This document shows, in pieces, positions 13,050-27,000 of a stretch of 64,000 nucleotides of DNA. Under the pieces are notes generated by a model. That model worked only from the letters and a program-made list of their open reading frames with translations. It had not been told where the DNA came from and searched no databases. Both the position numbers and the translations under genes were made by a program. Numbering within the stretch: position 1 is the first letter of the stretch; every line of letters begins with the position of its first letter. The stretch covers positions 144,832,001-144,896,000 of the forward strand of contig NC_073377.1 in assembly GCF_028641065.1 (NCBI RefSeq), in the 5' to 3' direction. The DNA is from Leucoraja erinacea (Eukaryota).

Positions 13050-13887
13050 ACGACTGTCAGTTTTGGCCGCCTCGCTCAGAGCCCCCCTCCGCCTTCTGGG
13101 ACCAAAGGATTTTTCCCATCGATGAAAAATCAGAGAAGTATTAATGTTTTTTTTAATTCCCCATTCTCTCTGCTGCCCCCGCTGGTGGTAGGGGGAGGTA
13201 CTATAAAACCATGAAGTGTAGTGCCTCACTCAGTCTCTGCCAGACCCAGGAAGCAAGAGGGTCATGGCTCGCTGAGCTGCGAATAACATTGAACGCACGT
13301 CTAGTCCACGGTGAGTCCCTCAATGCGGCTGTAAAATGGCTGCAGCCCAATTGTTTGCCTCGCCTTTTTAACAAGTTTGTGGTCACAAAATTAATATTGG
13401 TTGTCAGTGGCTGCAGCCCAATTGTTTGCCTTGCCTTTAACAAGTTTGTGTTCACAAAATGAATTTTGGTTGTCAGGTGGCTGCAGCCCAATTGTTTGCC
13501 TCGCCTTTTTTTAACAAGTTTGTGTTCACAAAATGAATTTTGGTTGTCAGGTGGCTGCAGCCCAATTGTTTGCCTCGGCTTTTGAATAGGTTTGTGTTCA
13601 CAAAATGAATTTTGGTTGTCCAGTGGCTGCAGCCCAAATGTTTGCCTTGGCTTGGCTTTTAAAATCGTTGCAACAGTTGGATGCCAGCCCAAGAATCCAT
13701 TTGGCCCACAATGTCTATACTAGCTCTCAAAACCAGTACCTTCGGCCTGCAACACCCATACTAGCGCAACAGACAGCCCCCCCCTCCACTGGCGAGCAAT
13801 ATTGGAATTGGTGGAGAGGTGGAATATTATGTTGGTGACCAGCCCTCCCATGTGATGCTGGGACCCAACGGGTCCCACTTAGTCTAG
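13050..13887 (+). mobile_element. Non-autonomous Helitron (copy 2, 5'-truncated, expanded internal tandem repeat)
   Basis: Homologous to 11590-12277. Perfect hairpin TGGGACCC-AAC-GGGTCCCA (13859-13877), then CTAG|T. Confidence 0.85.
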
Positions 13888-15389
13888 TATACATATAGAT
13901 ACACATAAATGTGTCAGCTTGTGTCATACACATATATATATATTTTACAAAAGGTTTTGCAACACAGGTCATTGTAATACACTTCTTGCTCCAGATCAGT
14001 GATATTTGTTGAAATGATTAGGATTTTGTGGCACGACATATTTCCTCCGGCCATGTGAAATATTGCCAGTAAAAGAATCCGTGTTAAAATTAAATTTGTG
14101 ATGTAAATATGGTGAGGTGGGTACAACTGGCAGAAAATATATATTTGTGCGTTTAGTACGAATGACAAATTCTGAGCACTAAAACAGCATTAATCATCTC
14201 TAGAATAATGTTTTAAAAAGACCATAAAAATTAAGCAATTGGACTAGCACCAGTTCAATAGGGAGAGGTGGGAGGCTAGGAATATCCTTTTCAAAAATGC
14301 TTTTTTGTTTCGCAAACACCAGACAGTAGAAATAGTACTTAGTGTAGGTATGTACCACCTTTCATCATAGCTCTGATATCGAGATATAGCTCTGAGGGGT
14401 TGCATTATAATACAGGCAGCCCATTTCAGTACTGTGAATTCAGATTAGTCTATCGTCGCATACACTAGGGCGCAATAAAATTTCTTGCTCACATGAAGCT
14501 GACATAGTGAACAGTATGTATGGTAATGATAGATATAACAATAAAGACAATGACAAAACAGCACATTTATGAAAAGACTATAGTGCAATCAGATGTAGGG
14601 GGAAAAAATAACTAAAGTGCAATTTCGGAATGACCGAATAACGTGGAGTTAAGATGAAGGGTACATGACAACTCCTCCAGGAAAGAGATGCAAAAACAAA
14701 TGATTGGTTCCAGAGTTGTCCCTGAGGACATAGGTTTAAGGTGAAGGGGGAATGATTTAATAGAAATCTGATGGGTAACTTTTTCACACAAAGGATGGTG
14801 GGTGTATGGAACAAGCTACCAGAGGAGGTAGTTGTGGCTGGGATTATCCCAACATTGCAGAAACAATTAGACAGATACATGGATTGAACAGTTTTAGAGG
14901 GATATGGGCCAAACATATGCAGTGTAGATTGGGCAGTGTGGGCAAGTTGGGCTGAAGAGCCTGTACCACGCTGTATGGCTCGGACTGTCAGTAGACACAG
15001 TGAGTTATTTGGGTCTAGGGACAGGGATGGTGATGCAAGGCTCACGGAACAAAAGGAACAAGAAAAAGGTTGGTTACCTAAAACTGGAGAAATCCAGTTG
15101 TAGCATAGGTTTAAGGCGAAGGGGGAAATATTTAATAGGAATCTGTAAGGTAACTGGTGAATCTGTGGAATTATTTGCCACAGAAGGCTGTGGAGGCCAA
15201 GTCAATGGATATTTTTAATGCAAAGATGGATAGATTCTTGATTAGTATGGGTGTCAGAGGTTATGGGGAGAAAGCAGAGAATGGGTTTAGGAGGGAGAGA
15301 TCAATCAGCCATGATTGAATGGCGGAGTAGACGTGACGGGCCGAATGGCCTAATACTGCTCCTCTCACTTACGATCTCATGACCTTAAG

Positions 15390-18300
15390 GTGGAAGAGAG
15401 AAAAATGATTGGCCAGGGTGGCAAGTGTGCTTGATGATATTTCCTGTCTTCCTGACACAATGCACTGTGAAGGTGGAAGATGATGAGCCTGTGATAGATT
15501 GGACTGTGTTCCCCATTCTCTGCAGATCCAGGTGTTCAACACATTCTATCAAGTATCAGTAGTTTAAGAGAATCCTTGTGGACATGCCAGATCTTCCCAG
15601 ATGCGGAAAGAAAGAAATGTGCTGATGTGCCTTCTTGATAGTGCATCAGTGTTAAGGGCCCGAGTAGATCGCTGGTGATATGGATGCCTAGGAACCTGAA
15701 GCTGCGTTGATGAGGACAGGTTGAATTAATCTTGCTGACGATAAGTGCTAGATTATTGTTCTGAGACCAAAAGACAACTGGCATCATGGTGGCGCAGCGG
15801 TAGAGTTGCTGCCTTAAACCAAATGCAGCGCTGGAGACCAGTGTTCGATCCGGACTACGGGTGTTGTCTGTATGGAGTTTGTACCTTCTCCCCGTGACCT
15901 GCACGGGTTTTCTCCGAGATCTTCAGTTTACTCCCACATTCCAAAGACGTACAGGTTTATAGGTTAATTGGCTTGGTTAATGTAAAAATTGTTCCTAGTG
16001 GGTGTAGGATGCTGTTAATCCATCGATGGTTGGCGCGGACCCGGTGGGTCGAAGGGCCTGTTTCCGCGCTGTATCTCTAAAACTAAAACAAGGTTCCTGA
16101 ACTCTTCCCGGTACTCCATGTCATCACTGCTGTTCATCTGGCCGATAAAAGTTGGTTTCAGCGATGAACTTAAAAGATGGAGTTGGCGCTGTACCTGGCC
16201 GCACAGTCATGGGTGTGATGGGGGTAGAGGAAGGGTCCAAGCACATAAACAGAGGAGCACCAGCGTTGATGGTCAGGGTGGAGGAATCTTATGACCATTT
16301 CTAACCAACCGAGGTCTGCAGTCATGAAGTCCAGAAGCCATTTGCAGATGGATACACCAAGGCACGTCACTGGAGTTTAGAGATGTGTTTATTCAGTATT
16401 ATGATGTTGAATACTGAGCTGTAGAAAGGAATAACATCTTGTCATAGATATTCTCTTTGATAAGATGACCCATGTTGTGCATGGGGAATGATGTCACCTG
16501 TAGACCTATTCCTGCTGTAAACAATTTGCAAAGGGTCTAGATTGTCCGTGAGTGGCACAAATGGGGTCTATTAACAATCTTTGAAAGTACTTTATTATGG
16601 TCGATGGCTAAAGCCACTGAGCAGTAATCATTAAAACAGGTCACTTTCTAGTTCTAGGGAAACTGGGATGATGAATGTTTTTTTTGAAGCAGATGGGGAC
16701 AGTAAATTGTTAAAGTCCCAGTGGATTGGGACACAATTTTAGAACCAGTCCATGAATTTCATCTAGATTAGCTGCTTTCTGAAAGTTTATCCTCATGAAA
16801 GTAAAGCTGACTTCTGCCACCAAGAGAAATGGGACAGAGCAAGCAGGGAGGGGGGGGGGGGGGGGGTTCCACCTTGTTGGTCCTTTGTTGCCTGTTCACA
16901 ACAGTTATAAAAAGGCATTGAGCTTATGCAGTAGAGGTGTGCCCTAGCCAGACTTCAGTCACTGTTTGGGATTGAAGACAGTGATGGTATTCAGGCCTTG
17001 CAACTGTTGCCTGACATCCACTTAACTGGATTCAGTTTTTAGCTTGTTCTGTATTTTCTCTTGACATTCCCAATAGTCTTACAGGAACTATACTTGATCT
17101 TCTTGTGCAGTGCGGGATGATACTTCTTAAAAGCCTCAGATATGGACTTTTGCAGAGAATGAATTCCGCTGTCTAGCAAGGAACTGCAGATGCTGGTTTA
17201 AACAGAAGAGACACAAAATGCTGGTGCAATTCAGCGGGACAGACAGCATCACTGGAGAGAAGGAACGAGTGATGTTTTGGGTCAAGATGCTTCTTCAGAA
17301 TGCTCCCACCCCACTGTTCATCCAGGTTTTCTGGTTAGGATAGACCCAAATTGCCTTTGTGGGAATGTGGTGAATCTCTGGAACTCTCTGCCACAGAGGG
17401 TAGTTGAGGCCAGTTCATTTGGCTATATTTAAGAGGGAGTTAGATGTGGCCCTTGTGGCCAAGGGGATCAGAGGGTATGGAGAGAAGGCAGGTACGGGAT
17501 ACCGAGTTGGATGATCAGCCATGATCATATTAAATGGCGGTGCAGGCTCGAAGGGCCGAATGGCCTACTCCTGCACCTAATTTCTATGTTTCTATGTACT
17601 ATGTGGTCATCAACCCATTTTTTGATTAACCCAATGATGACTGAAGTATACTCATTCATTCTAGATTAAGGGGTCTTTAACACAGTGCAGTCCACCGAGT
17701 CATGGCAGTCTTGATGAAGACCCTTGGCCTCCACGGCCAATGTTGCGTTACTTCCTTCACTGTTGCCTCATGCTTCAATCTGTCCGTAAGCAGGCAGATG
17801 GAGCACTGACATATGATTAGACTGGCTGAAATAAGGGCATGGGATGGTGCGATAAGCATACTTCATGGTGGTGAAGAGTGTTGAGATCCGGTGAGAGGCG
17901 GGAGGAGGAGAACAAAGGGGGAGCCGGCGTTCTTTGTAACTTTGCCAGCGCCGTAGGTGGCCGCTATTTGTATACCTTGGGTGTGCAAGCAAAGAGTTTC
18001 ACTGTGCTTAGTCACATGGGACAATAAAGCATTCCATGAGGTTTACATACTGGTGATGATGTTCAGCACATCAGGGTTTGCTATCTTAAGGGGAGTTGAC
18101 AGCCAAATATAATTTGTCCTGTGCCATCTCGGTATTGACTTGGGGCGGAACATAGACTGCCGCTTCGTTTCGCTCGTGTGTCAGACGATGTAGCTCGCTG
18201 TTGGCTTCTGTCATCGTCCAACATGTTGACAGAATTGTTGCCCGACATAGACTGGCAACAAGGTGGTAGAGGTGAATTCCTTCGGTGGCCAAAAGGGACA

Positions 18301-18460
18301 GCTATTTTAAGATCAGGTATTCCAAGTTAGGAGAGAAGATTTGAGCCTATACTGTCACATCAGTGCACCACAAAGTATTTGTCATAAAGCAGAGGTCACC
18401 ACCTGTCCCCCTTGCGGAAGGATTCCGTACAGTCCATGCAATAAATGGAGAAACCCTCAG
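15390..18460 (-). mobile_element. Decayed Rex1/Babar LINE with nested insertions
   Basis: Remnants CKWLLDFMT...LGPFLY..THDC (RT), FRFLGIHITSDL and AAVYVPPQ (endonuclease). Interrupted by a SINE (15781-16090), a Penelope-derived unit (~17177-17300) and a CR1 (~17365-17597). Confidence 0.65.
15781..16090 (+). mobile_element. HE1-like V-SINE
   Basis: Same A/B box, V-domain and tail as the 8798 copy. Confidence 0.85.
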
Positions 18461-18964
18461 ATTGTATACGATACAGTAGAACTTTATTTATCCCAGGAGA
18501 GAAATTGATCTGCCGACAGTCAAAAAAACACAACAAGAAATGAAAGTGACGAGTGCAAAGTCCAGGAATGGGGATGTGATAAGATTGGGGGGGAGAGGGG
18601 AGGGTAGGGGAGTCAGTCTACCCACGACAGAAGGAGGAAGAGTGCACAGTTTGATATCCACAGGGAAAAGGGATCTCCTGTGGTGTTCTGCATCTTGGTG
18701 GAACCATGAGCTGTATTGTCCAAGATACTCCGCAGTTTGAGGAGCATCCTCCCCTCCAAACCATCTGTACCAGAACTGGTGAGAAGGAAAAAACGCATGC
18801 TACACTGCTGGGATCAGGAGGTGGCAGAGCAGGAGACACTTCCCTGGATAAAACCTAAAGTTAAGAGTGTTTTATTGTAATTTGTCCAATGTACAACAAT
18901 TAAATTCTTACTTGCAACAGCACAGCAGAATACGTAAACAAAGTACACTGTAAACAATATAATA

Positions 18965-19137
18965 NNNNNNNNNNNNNNNNNNNNNNNNNNNNNNNNNNNN
19001 NNNNNNNNNNNNNNNNNNNNNNNNNNNNNNNNNNNNNNNNNNNNNNNNNNNNNNNNNNNNNNNNNNNNNNNNNNNNNNNNNNNNNNNNNNNNNNNNNNNN
19101 NNNNNNNNNNNNNNNNNNNNNNNNNNNNNNNNNNNNN
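18965..19137. other. Assembly gap (173 N)
   Basis: Run of N. Confidence 1.
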
Positions 19138-19334
19138 GGATGTTTGTGTCGTGGTCTTCTATTTTTTGTGCTTTTTAAAATCTGTATCACTGTAAGGAAA
19201 ATAGTATTTCGTTGTCTCTAGACAATGACAATAAATTGAATCCAATCCAATATGCACGAACACATGTACATATACACACATACATATACACACACATGAA
19301 AAACAAACAATAATGGTGCAATAATAACAATAAT

Positions 19335-19545
19335 TCAGAGCTTATTTGAGATTGTATTGTTTAATAGCCTGATGGCTGTAGGGAAGAAGCTGTTCCTGAA
19401 CCTAGATGTTACAGTTTTTGAAGCGTCTGTACCTTTTTCCTGGTGGCAGGGGTGAAATGAGTGAGTGGCCAGGATGGTGTGGATCTCTGGTGATCCAGGC
19501 TGCCTTTTTGAGGCAGCGACTGCAGTAAATCCCTTTGAAGGTGGG
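19335..19545 (-). mobile_element. Rex1/Babar LINE 3' end
   Basis: TSRFRNSFFPTAIRLLN C-terminal motif. Confidence 0.8.
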
Positions 19546-21126
19546 GAGTTATATGGCAGGAATGATCTATGGTGCATTACAGGGCATAGCACTTCCATAA
19601 CTGCCTGTCCATTTGTCAGTCTTCCAATGCAGCTTTTTTCCAGATATAAAAAGAGCAAAAGTCACCTTTACCCAAACATTGGATGTTCCAAACATGATCA
19701 GTGGAGCTCTTTTATTCCTGCAAATGCAGCAATGAGCAGCAGAATACCACATGCCATACATCGGACAAGAAAAGCTGCGGAGAGCCTGAAACAAGATTTA
19801 CGAGAGCAAAGGTCACCCTCCCTATCTTTGACTTTGAGAGTAGCGCAGCCGCTTTTGTGAACCAGCACTTCTGGTTCAAAGAGGTCAAAGACATTTCTCA
19901 AGTAAAATAATCAATGCTGATAGTATTATGTTGTGGACATTTAAGGATAATTCAGAGTTGTGAGGAAAGGTGAAGCAGATTTTTAGTGTCACTTATTTAG
20001 TCAGATGCCATTCTCCAGTTATCTTTTACATGGATACACATGGAAATGCTCTTCTGACATGTGCAACCACCTAATTTTGAGAGGAACCTGCTGGAACCAA
20101 TTGTGGGGCTGGGATCCCGTCTTGGATCTCAAAGTCATATTGTTCCACATGGGAAAATTGCCTTTCCATACAACTCATCAATGCTGATCATGGTGCCTTT
20201 CTGACTTTGTCCCATTTATCTGAATTTGACCCATATCCCTTTAAACCTTTAATTTACATTAACCCGTCCAAATGTATTTTAAATGTTATAATTGCACCCG
20301 TTTCTACCATTTCCGGTAACACCTCATTCCATACATCCACCATACATCACATACATACTCTCTATGTGAACAACTTGCCCCTTTACATTGTTCCCCTCTC
20401 ACCTTAAACAGATGCCCTCAAGGAAGCCCTGGGAAATAGTCTACGACCTTATCTATGACCCTTATGATGTTATAGGCTTGTTTTCCCTGGAGTGAAAATC
20501 ACCCTTCTCCTTCTGTGGCTCAAGGGAAAATGCTGCAAGCCTATCAATCTATTCCTTGCAATTCAAGCCCTCCATTCCTGGTAACATCCTTGCAAAACCA
20601 CTCTGCACCTTCTCCAGCTTAATTACACCCTTCCTCTAGCAGAACTGCACATGATACAAGTGCAATCTCACCAACATTTGTTACTGCTGTAACATGACAT
20701 CCCAACTCTTGTACTCATCTATGGGTGACGTTTTGGTTTGAGACCCTTCTTCAGACAGAAGAAGGGTCTGAAACAAGGTCTCGATACGAAACATCAGCCT
20801 TTCCTTCTCTCCAGAGATGCTGCCTGTCCCGCTGAGTTACTCCAGCTTTTTGTGTCTGCCTTAGATAAGATTCTTGATTAGTACAGGTGTCAGGGCTTAT
20901 GGGGAGAAGGCAGGAGAATGGGGTTAGGAGGGAGAGATAGATCAGTCGTGACTGAATAGCGGAGTAGACTTGATGAGCCAAATTGATTAATTCTACTATT
21001 GCTTTTGACCTTATGTCCCAGCAAACAGATAAAAATCACAATTGGTTGACATCTCCTCAACATGCAAGCAGCTTAAGCTTGGTGGTGAAGGCAAAATAAT
21101 GGCCTAGGTCAGTCTGAGAAGAGTTA

Positions 21127-21360
21127 ACGGCCTGTCCCTCCTGGCAAATTTTTCGGTGACTGCCGGCGTCATATCAGTGTCACCAAAAGATTTGGAATAT
21201 TTCAAAATCCAGCAGCGACAAAAGATATGTCGCGACACATGAAAAAACACCGCACGTCATACATCATCACGCCGCATCACATCGCAAATTTTTCGGTGAC
21301 CTGAAACTTCAGTCAATGATGTCAGCAGTCACCGAAAAAATGCCAAGTGGGACAGGCCTT
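21127..21360. mobile_element. PIF/Harbinger-type MITE
   Basis: ACGGCCTGTCCC...GGGACAGGCCTT with TTA TSD. Confidence 0.75.
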
Positions 21361-22463
21361 TTAGACATTCAGCGGGCATGACATTACACTCATTTAGAGG
21401 TTTAATCTCTGCATAGAGAAAATGATATGTTTGATTTTTAACTAATGCATTTTCTGATAAAAGTCTTTGGCTTTAAATAATAATCGTGTGTGTCTCTCTC
21501 TCCACACGTCCTGATATGTCTGACCTAGTAAGTGAGGGAGGTGGGGGGGACTTCATTGAAACTTACTGAATAATGAAAGGCATATATAGAATGGATGTGG
21601 AGAGGATGGTTCCACTGTGGGAGAGCCTAGGACCAGAGGTCATAGCCTCAGAATGAAAGGGCATTCTTTTAGAAATTAGGTGAGGTGGTGAGTGAGGAGT
21701 TAATCTGTGGAACTCATTGCCACAGAGGGCTGTGGAGGCCAAGTCAGTGGATATTTTTAATGCAGAGATAGACAAATTCTTGATTAGAACGAGTGTCAAG
21801 GGTTATGGGGAGAAGGTAGGAAAATGGGATTAGGAGGCAGAGATCAGCCATGATTGAATGGTGGAGTAAACTTGATGGGCCGAATGGCCTAATTCTACTG
21901 CGATAACTTGTGAATTTTTCAGTACTTTTTGTTTTAATTTCCGATTTCCAGCAACTGTTGCTTGTAGCTTCTGTTTATTGGTTTATTTATTTTTCTTGTT
22001 GGAGAAGAAAACAAAACACCAGGGAGGGGAAGGTAACCGCAGATGGCATTCGAGCTGTCACACAGCTGACAGATGCACAGGCAGTTCTGGAGAATACTGG
22101 AGTATCAACAGCCCTGACCCTCATAAATGAGGAGATGGATCCTCCCACTTAAATACAAGCTACCCGCATGTCAAGTTGCACACAGCCTCACTGATCCGAT
22201 TTCCACAACGAGTAAAATATGATTGGCTTCATAATGATCAGTTGCACCATTCTTACCCTGCCAGTACTTTTTATCTGTGACAAATGAACAGCAATTACAG
22301 CAAATAATGCAGATGATAATCCCACAGAGAAGTTAAATATCTCTAAGGGAGAATAGTGGCAGAACTCTGGCTAACAACGCACCAGCCGAGAAAATGCCTG
22401 GGACTAATGGAACACACAATTGGGTTACCAATTTGTAACACTTTGGCAACAGCGATAGAATTA

Positions 22464-22572
22464 AAAGACTAGATCAGAGATAGAGCCTTCTAAAGACTAG
22501 ATCAGAGATAGGGACCTCAAAGACCAGATTAGCGATAGGGACGTCAAAGACCGGATCAGAGATAGGGCCCTC
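22464..22572. repeat. Minisatellite, ~27 bp x4
   Basis: Consensus AAAGACYAGATCAGAGATAGGGMCCTC repeated four times with variation. Confidence 0.85.
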
Positions 22573-24010
22573 TCTCAGGTTTTGCCAGTTGGATCTTAGT
22601 GCTGTTAAAAATGAGAATCATTGTGTGTTCTCTACTGCTGTTCCATCTACTGGCAACCCTTCCATGCCTTCCCATAACAGAAGCAAAAAGTCTTGAGAAA
22701 ACAGCTCAAGGGATGGAGGCTGTTGTGGACCATCATGATGACATATACCTCCATGAACAAAGCAACAGTCTGTCACTTCTCTAATGCACTGTGATCCATC
22801 AGTTGAGAAATCCTCCCTTCTTCCTTCGACACACTTGACAGGAACTGAAGCAAAGACTCCGAGGGCTATGCTAACTTTGACAGCCACTGGAAATGAAAAG
22901 TCATCAGATCCAGCTGGCAGCTAACTTTCCAGCAGCAGTTTACAGATATTGAGCACCAGCAATGGATAGCCTGAATCTGCCAAAAGATTTTGCAAATAGC
23001 AAAGCCTGAAGTTTGTTTGTCATGGGTGGGTGTCATCTGCCAGAGTTCCTCGATATTAACCCACAGAACTGTAATGTGTCCAGGGGAGCTGTGAGTGTGG
23101 TGGGAGTATCTCGGGGGAGCTGCGCGTGTGGCAGGAGTGTACCGGGGAGCCACGCAGCCCGTAGAGACTGATGATTCGCCCACCCGGTGGGCCCGATTCA
23201 CCTGCCGAAGAACCGCAATGGGGACCGGAACCCGCCAGGTGGGCCGACCCATCTCCACAGGCCTTGCAGGAGGCCGCGGCGGCAGACGCCTCCCAGGAGG
23301 CCATGGAGAAACCGCGCGGTGATGCCGCGAGTCCACCTGTGGTCAGCGGTCAATGAGGGCGTGGGAAAATCACCATGCGGAGAACAATGGAGGAGCCAGA
23401 ACGTTGTAACTTGGTCAACACCGTAGGTGGTGACTATTTGTGTACTTTGGGTATGCAATTAAAGAACTTCTCTGTGACTTGTGACAATAAACTATTCCAT
23501 TACACTCCGTTATCTTAGTCCTCATCTTTGATCCAATCTAATATGATGGAATAAGCCCTGAAGAATGTTGCAAATAAGACCTCAACAAAAGTAGAGTAAT
23601 AGTCTTCCCTGCCATCAGCTGTTGTGAGTACCAAGTAATTATTATGATATTTAAACAACGTTTATTTAGTTCATTCCGTTTTGCTTAGTTCAAACTTTAT
23701 TTGTTCTTTTTTGTTGTTGAAATTTCCAGAAAGCCATAAATCCTGTGGGTCCAATGGGTAGAATGGAGAGGACTCTTTGCATTCTATGACTCTATGACAT
23801 ACTTGGTTGAAACAGGGATCATAGAGCTGAATTGTTGAGGTGACAGTGACATCAATGTACCATGTCTAAGTGTGCATCAAGGAATCTTAATTAAACTAGG
23901 CACAAGCAGAAAATAGCTCAATGATCAAATTTATACCTCATAGGTATGTATGATTGTGGTTGGCAGAGGCAATTCATCCCACATCACCTATTTCAGATGA
24001 AGATGATGAA

Positions 24011-27000
24011 TTTTACTTCGGAGTCACGTGAGTGACTACGTGAAGACCCCGCCAGCACGCATGCGCGACATATCGTCTCTCGCATTGCGCAAACGACAGG
24101 CTGTTGGAGCGCTGCTTCCAACAGCTCGGACCTGAAGGTAAGTTTTTAACTTTTTCAGGTCTCTTTTTTTACTGCAGGAAGCGTTCAGAGCTCCTGCTGG
24201 AGGTCCGAGGTCGGAACCCCAGCGCCACCCGGCTCCCTTCTACAGGGACCGCCGAGGGTGTGGGGGGGGGGGAATCCCGGCTGCGAATCGCGGGGATATC
24301 CGAAGCCGACCACAGAATCGCGGGGAAGCCCTTTATCGGGGACCGCGAGGGAAACCCCATTTACTAAGCCACGCCGGCTCGGGGGAAGCCCAAAACCAAG
24401 GGAGCATTCAAAGGGGAAATCCCGGCTCCCGACACCGCAAGGATCCCTGCTACAAGGTTCCATAGATGCTGCTGCACCCGCTGAGTTTCGCCAGCATTTT
24501 AGGTCCCAACTACAAGGGCCGTGGGGAATGCCGACCGCAGGGAGAAGCCTGGCTGCGGGGACCACGGAACCTCAGAAGACTGCAGGTAACCTGCCTTCCG
24601 GGACCAGAGGAAGACCGCGGGTAACCCGTTCTCCAAAACCGCGGGAAGACGGCGGGTAACCAGTTCTCTGAGACCGCGGGAAGACCACAGGTAACCCGAC
24701 TTTGGAGGCCACGGGAAAACCACAGGTAACCCAACTTCAGAGACCATGGGAAACCACGGATAACCCGACTTCAGAGACCACGGGAAAACCACGGGTAACC
24801 CAGCTTCAGGGACCGTGGGAAGACCACGTATAACCCAGCTTCGGGACCGTGGGAAGACTGGGGATAACCCAGCCTCGTGGACCGTGGAAAAACAGCGAAT
24901 AACCCAGTTTCAGGGACTGTGGGAAGACTGTGGATAACCAAGCTACAGGGACCTTGCGAAGAACACGGGTAGAACCGTGCTTGGGGGGAAACCTCAGCTA
25001 CGGGGACCGTGGAAGACCACGGGCAGAACCGTGCTTGGGGGAAACCTCAGCCACGGGGACCGTGCAAAAGCGGCGGGTAGATCTGTGCTTCGGGGAAACC
25101 TCAGCCACGGGGACCGTGTGGGAGACCGCGGGTAGAACCGTGCTTGGGGGACACCCCAGCTACGGGGACTGTGTGGAAGACATGGCTAGGACTGCAGAGG
25201 AGCGGGTAGCCAGCGGCAAATTCAGACTCCGCCTGCCCGAGGAGGGTAAGAGCTAAAACAGGAGTCTGAAAGGCCTAGACTGCAGTCAGGCCAGAAGGGT
25301 CCCCTCCGACATGGGTTCGTCCGAGTTAAACCCATCTTAATTTGCCAGGGAGGGCCATATCAGCGCAGGTCTCCTCGAGAGCCTGTGGCAGCACCCTTTT
25401 CTGGGCTGCCTACAAAACTCACTTCTGCGAAGGTGAGTGCGAGGAGTCAGTTGGCAACTGACTCTGAACTCGGAAGCATGTCCGAGGAACAGGTGCCGGC
25501 TGGGAGTTACCATGCACCTGGAAAGACATGGGTCCACATACACCAGCAGCCCTACACTCTAATCAAGGATGGAAATTGAACCCGCATCGAGAGCCTTTTG
25601 GGCTTACCATAAAACCACCGGTAGCCATGACGGTAGGTGGGTCTGGTTCTTTGCAAAATGTGGGGTTGTGGACTATTTACAAGAAGGTTGGATGAGATAG
25701 TTTATACTGCACAGTTCAAGCGAGACAATCTAGGAATATGCCTGGAGTTGCCTCTTTAGGCAGGCTCGCTATTATGACAAATGAGGTATGTTTATTATCA
25801 ACAAGCCCAACTCGCATGTGCAGTATAGACATTGAAACTTTGTGACCATTAATTCCCTTGGGGTCAGCTTCATTCACAGGGCACTGGAAATAACTGAAAT
25901 TTAACTGGATGGGGAAATGATAGTTAAAACATTGCAAAATAGGCTAACTTCAGTTTCCAGGTTATTTACAAAATGAGTGCTTCGGCTGCTCAGTTTTAAA
26001 AATATTGTTAAGAACTGTCTGGATGAGATTAAACAATGTATTTTGCTAAATTAGCTGTATCAGCCACAAAACCCATTTGAGAAATTGGGTTCTCATCTGT
26101 CCAGATAAATTTAAGTTGATACCAACTGAACTTATTGATAATTGGGATTACCTTTAACTCAATTTAATCGTCTGGGACTCCATCCTGAGGTAAGGGATTG
26201 GAATTAATTGAAGCCCGTAACAAAACTGATCAAGCAACCTTCTGTTCATCAAGTATAATTGGCTTACAGCTGTGCTATTTGGGCCTTTGCACAATCAGAA
26301 CTATACAGCATGCAAAAGAAGTAAGCACTCAAGTATCATGTGGTCATTGTTACCAGCTCTATGCTATTCCACTAAATCAGTAAATCTTCAGTTAAATTAC
26401 AAACTGATGCTATTGTTCAGGATGAGAAATTGCTCATGCCATCTAGTTACAGATGTGGATGGGAGAGTTACCAATTCCTCAGTTACATGGTATCAACTAC
26501 CTAGAGACACTGGGTGCATTCTGTGGATTAAAGGTTTATGCGAATATGCCTAATCTGCATGCTCTAGTCCAAGTTGATACACTTCGGTGGTGGTAAACAT
26601 TATTTACATGGGTGCAAACAAGTAAAAATATCCGGTGATAGTTTACCCAAACCTCATTACGGTACACAATATGGGTGTTGGATCACAAAGTATTAAAATA
26701 CATTGTGAACATTAAAGACCAAGAAGCTTGCATATTGGCTCAATCACCAGTGGAAAATATGTGGCATATCGGTAGCGTTGGTTACATTCTAGCTACATTA
26801 AGGAGGAATGTTCTTTTATGTCTTCCTCCATTTCTGCCTCATCAGACGGGTTTGCAAAATTCAGCAAGTTCCCGCCTCAAGAATTTTTATAGTGCCTGCC
26901 GGGCTTAGCCAGCCATGGTTCCCACTAATGTGGGGAATGATAGAACCTTATATGGTTATTCTAGACATAAGTATTGGTCTAGCCGTGACGCGGGAAACTG

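Noticed and set aside
13201-13692. 163-aa repetitive ORF
   Set aside because: It is the translation of the Helitron internal tandem repeat.
18900-19190. ORF containing X residues
   Set aside because: It spans the assembly gap.
22866-23458. Cluster of overlapping GC-rich ORFs
   Set aside because: No recognisable protein. The region ends in a tail shared with dispersed repeats at ~17950 and ~60040, so it is probably TE-derived.
24555-25195. CRISPR-like look of the regularly spaced repeats
   Set aside because: The units are degenerate tandem repeats without unique spacers, inside a eukaryotic DIRS element, and there are no cas genes.
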